DNA from: Proteromonas lacertae | Taxonomy: Eukaryota | DNA: 38,933 nucleotides | Assembly (NCBI GenBank): GCA_002245135.1 | Contig: NGBS01000596.1 | Coordinates: forward strand, 124,001 to 162,933 | Reading direction: 5' to 3' | Part shown: piece by piece, positions 37,114 through 38,933 of the stretch | How the letters are laid out: the number at the start of each line of letters is the position of its first letter | How positions within the stretch are numbered: the stretch's first letter is position 1 | Notes under the pieces: model-generated | What the model was told of the DNA's origin: nothing | Seen by the model: the letters and a program-made list of their open reading frames with translations, nothing else | The model's database searches: none | Position numbers and translations under genes: made by a program

Positions 37114-37471
37114 TTTAAACATTCCCAACAAAGCATTCATCAAAAGAAGAATAATCGTGAATATTTAAATTCGCTTATTTATATGCTCAGTTATTGATAG
37201 ATGATGCTAGTTTTTTCTATTGACCTATTGATGTTCCTGGTTCAGTTACAATTTATCTACAATAACTAGTTCAAGATTAACAATTGGTAGAACCAACGTT
37301 TAGATAAATTTACTAGTGACGATTATTATTGGAATGAGCTTAAAACGATTGAGTTTGAATTAATTTAATAAAGAGATAATGAAAGAAAATGAAATATCTA
37401 ATCTTTTAAATAGAATTATGATTTAAATCCTTAAAAACAAATAAAAAATCAATGAATATAATAATAAATTG

Positions 37472-37654
37472 AAAGCTACAAGTAGATCAAAGTGGTAATG
37501 GACATATCAATCAATATAAAATAATAAAGAAATTAGTTGAATTATGTGAAGATCCATCAAAGAATCAATATGCAATAAAAATATTAAACAAATCAATTAA
37601 AACAGGTAGTATAAGTCCATTGAGTGATATTTGGGCAATGGAATTTCACTATAA
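37472..37654 (+). pseudogene. Second (inverted) copy of the kinase fragment
   Basis: LQVDQSGNGHINQYKIIKKLVELCEDPSKNQYAIKILNKSIKTGSISPLSDIWAM; inner end of the right arm. Confidence 0.78.
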
Positions 37655-37860
37655 TATAGGAATGTGTGCTTGTTAAAGTAATAATTGAGACTTGTTTATT
37701 GAACAGAAAAGAAATTATAGTGATTTAAAAAGGTTTTTAGAAGAGATGATTTAACAAAGTAAAAGTTATACAAAGTTAAAGAATTAGCTTTTGAATATAT
37801 GAAAGGATTAATAGAAGTTAATTAATTACAATTAATATCAAAATTTCAGTTAATAATACT

Positions 37861-38075
37861 CAAGTATTTAGTACATACAGTGATTAACAACTCGATGTGT
37901 TAATTCAAGTGTTTGAAGGTGAAGAATCTATGACAATATATAATAACTAATAATACTTTGAATGTAAGTGTTGTAAAAGAGAGTATTGGTAAAGCTAATA
38001 AGATCACAATTACAAATGATAAAGGTCTTCTTACACCTGAGAAATTTTAAAGAATGGTTGTAAAAGCTAGATATT
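37861..38075 (+). pseudogene. Hsp70 substrate-binding-domain fragment with stops and internal deletion (right arm copy)
   Basis: QVFSTYSD*QLDVLIQVFEGEESMTIYNN is joined to LNVSVVKESIGKANKITITNDKGLLTPEKF*RMV. The intervening GKF.L.GIPPAPRGVPQIEVTF segment is missing. Confidence 0.88.
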
Positions 38076-38933
38076 CAAAGCTAAATCATGAGAGGTAAAT
38101 TGAATATAAAAGAAGTAGCTTTATAATATATGAAAAGATTAGTAGAAGTATATCAATTACAATTCAATAGAGATAACTTCGTTGTAGGTATAAGAAATGC
38201 TTTAGAAAGCAAATTATCAAAATTCATGATTATAAAACGAGAAGTAGATGATTCTAAATTCTTAACTTATCCAATGGCTAGTAGTTTAATAAATGTAAGT
38301 AAATTATGTTCAAGAAGGTGATAATTTAACAATAATAGAAGCTATGGAAATGTAAAATATGTTGACTTCCTCGAATAGATACAAGATTGCCAAAATTTAG
38401 TTGAATGATTTGTTTTTTAAGAAAAAGGTTCAATTATCAGTTAGTTATAAATAAATATGTCTTAATGACTTAGTTAAATTGTTTTTATGGGATAAACGAT
38501 TGAAATAGAGCTTAAGATAGTTATTCAGATAGTAAATAAGTCAAACAGTTTAAAAAATAATAGTATTTATTAATTAATTAACAAAAATAAGCCCTAGCTT
38601 CCTATAGGAGGCAGGTGCTCAAATTTTATAAAATATTAAAAAATATTCAAGCCGAGCTTGTGTTATCACACATTATATTTTGAGCATTCTCATCTAATAG
38701 TAAGATATTTAATAAAAAAACTGGAGATCCTGTGTACAGTTATTATGTACAATAGGTTGGGATCAAAAATGCTCAAATCATTAAAAGATCGTGAAATTAG
38801 ACCAAAAAATAGTTGTGCTATCTCTACCATCTTCTCAGAATCTCTTAATTAAGCAATTATAGTCAAGTAATATAAAATATTAGAGTCAAACTCTAACTAG
38901 ATTAGGCGAGTTCAAATTTTGAACACGCGTCTA

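Larger units (their letters stand above)
34475..38933. mobile_element. Non-autonomous fold-back / Pack-MULE-like element B with captured host gene fragments (right terminus just beyond window)
   Basis: Starts GGGAAGTT with a repeat homologous to the end of element A. It has ~1.46-kb inverted arms, no transposase of its own, and internal Hsp70, kinase and MCM5 fragments. Confidence 0.72.
37472..38933. repeat. Right arm of ~1.46-kb near-perfect inverted repeat (truncated by window end)
   Basis: The window ends GAACACGCGTCTA, the reverse complement of 34489-34501. Confidence 0.97.

Noticed and set aside
1..38933. rRNA, tRNA, CRISPR array or telomeric repeat
   Set aside because: No GC-rich structured RNA-like segment, spacer-repeat array or tandem telomere motif was visible by eye; small snoRNAs cannot be excluded without a covariance search.

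Overview
Very AT-rich, gene-dense eukaryotic nuclear DNA using the standard genetic code. Spliceosomal introns are tiny (mostly ~25-50 nt) and almost all GTAT...TAG. The tiny introns, bacterial-type metabolic genes, a nuclear SdhC with a targeting peptide and an AT-AC intron suggest an anaerobic gut stramenopile of the Blastocystis type (inference). Bases 1-32114 hold about 19 genes that I reassembled across introns: old-yellow-enzyme (YqjM/NamA type), DUF1349, CCDC174-like, cullin, pseudokinase-LRR, small TM/coiled-coil protein, centrin, a KdgK-Eda-like double pseudoenzyme, tepsin, ELMOD, calmodulin-like, an EF-hand/Sfi1-like/WW/B-box protein, a type II membrane beta-fibre protein, a tandem tetraspanin-like protein, RNPS1, a TPR protein, SdhC, an MFS transporter and an AI-2E transporter. 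Bases 32535-38933 are a Mutator-like (MULE) complex. A transposase-bearing element is followed directly by a fold-back element whose ~1.46-kb near-identical inverted arms start with a diverged copy of the same terminal repeat. The fold-back carries captured fragments of host genes: Hsp70, a CaMKK/GRIK-like kinase and MCM5, the last two with introns retained. This resembles a Pack-MULE or Mu-killer structure. Other notable points are a 47-nt U12-type AT-AC intron in tepsin and five host genes each broken by one +1 frameshift, most likely consensus errors.
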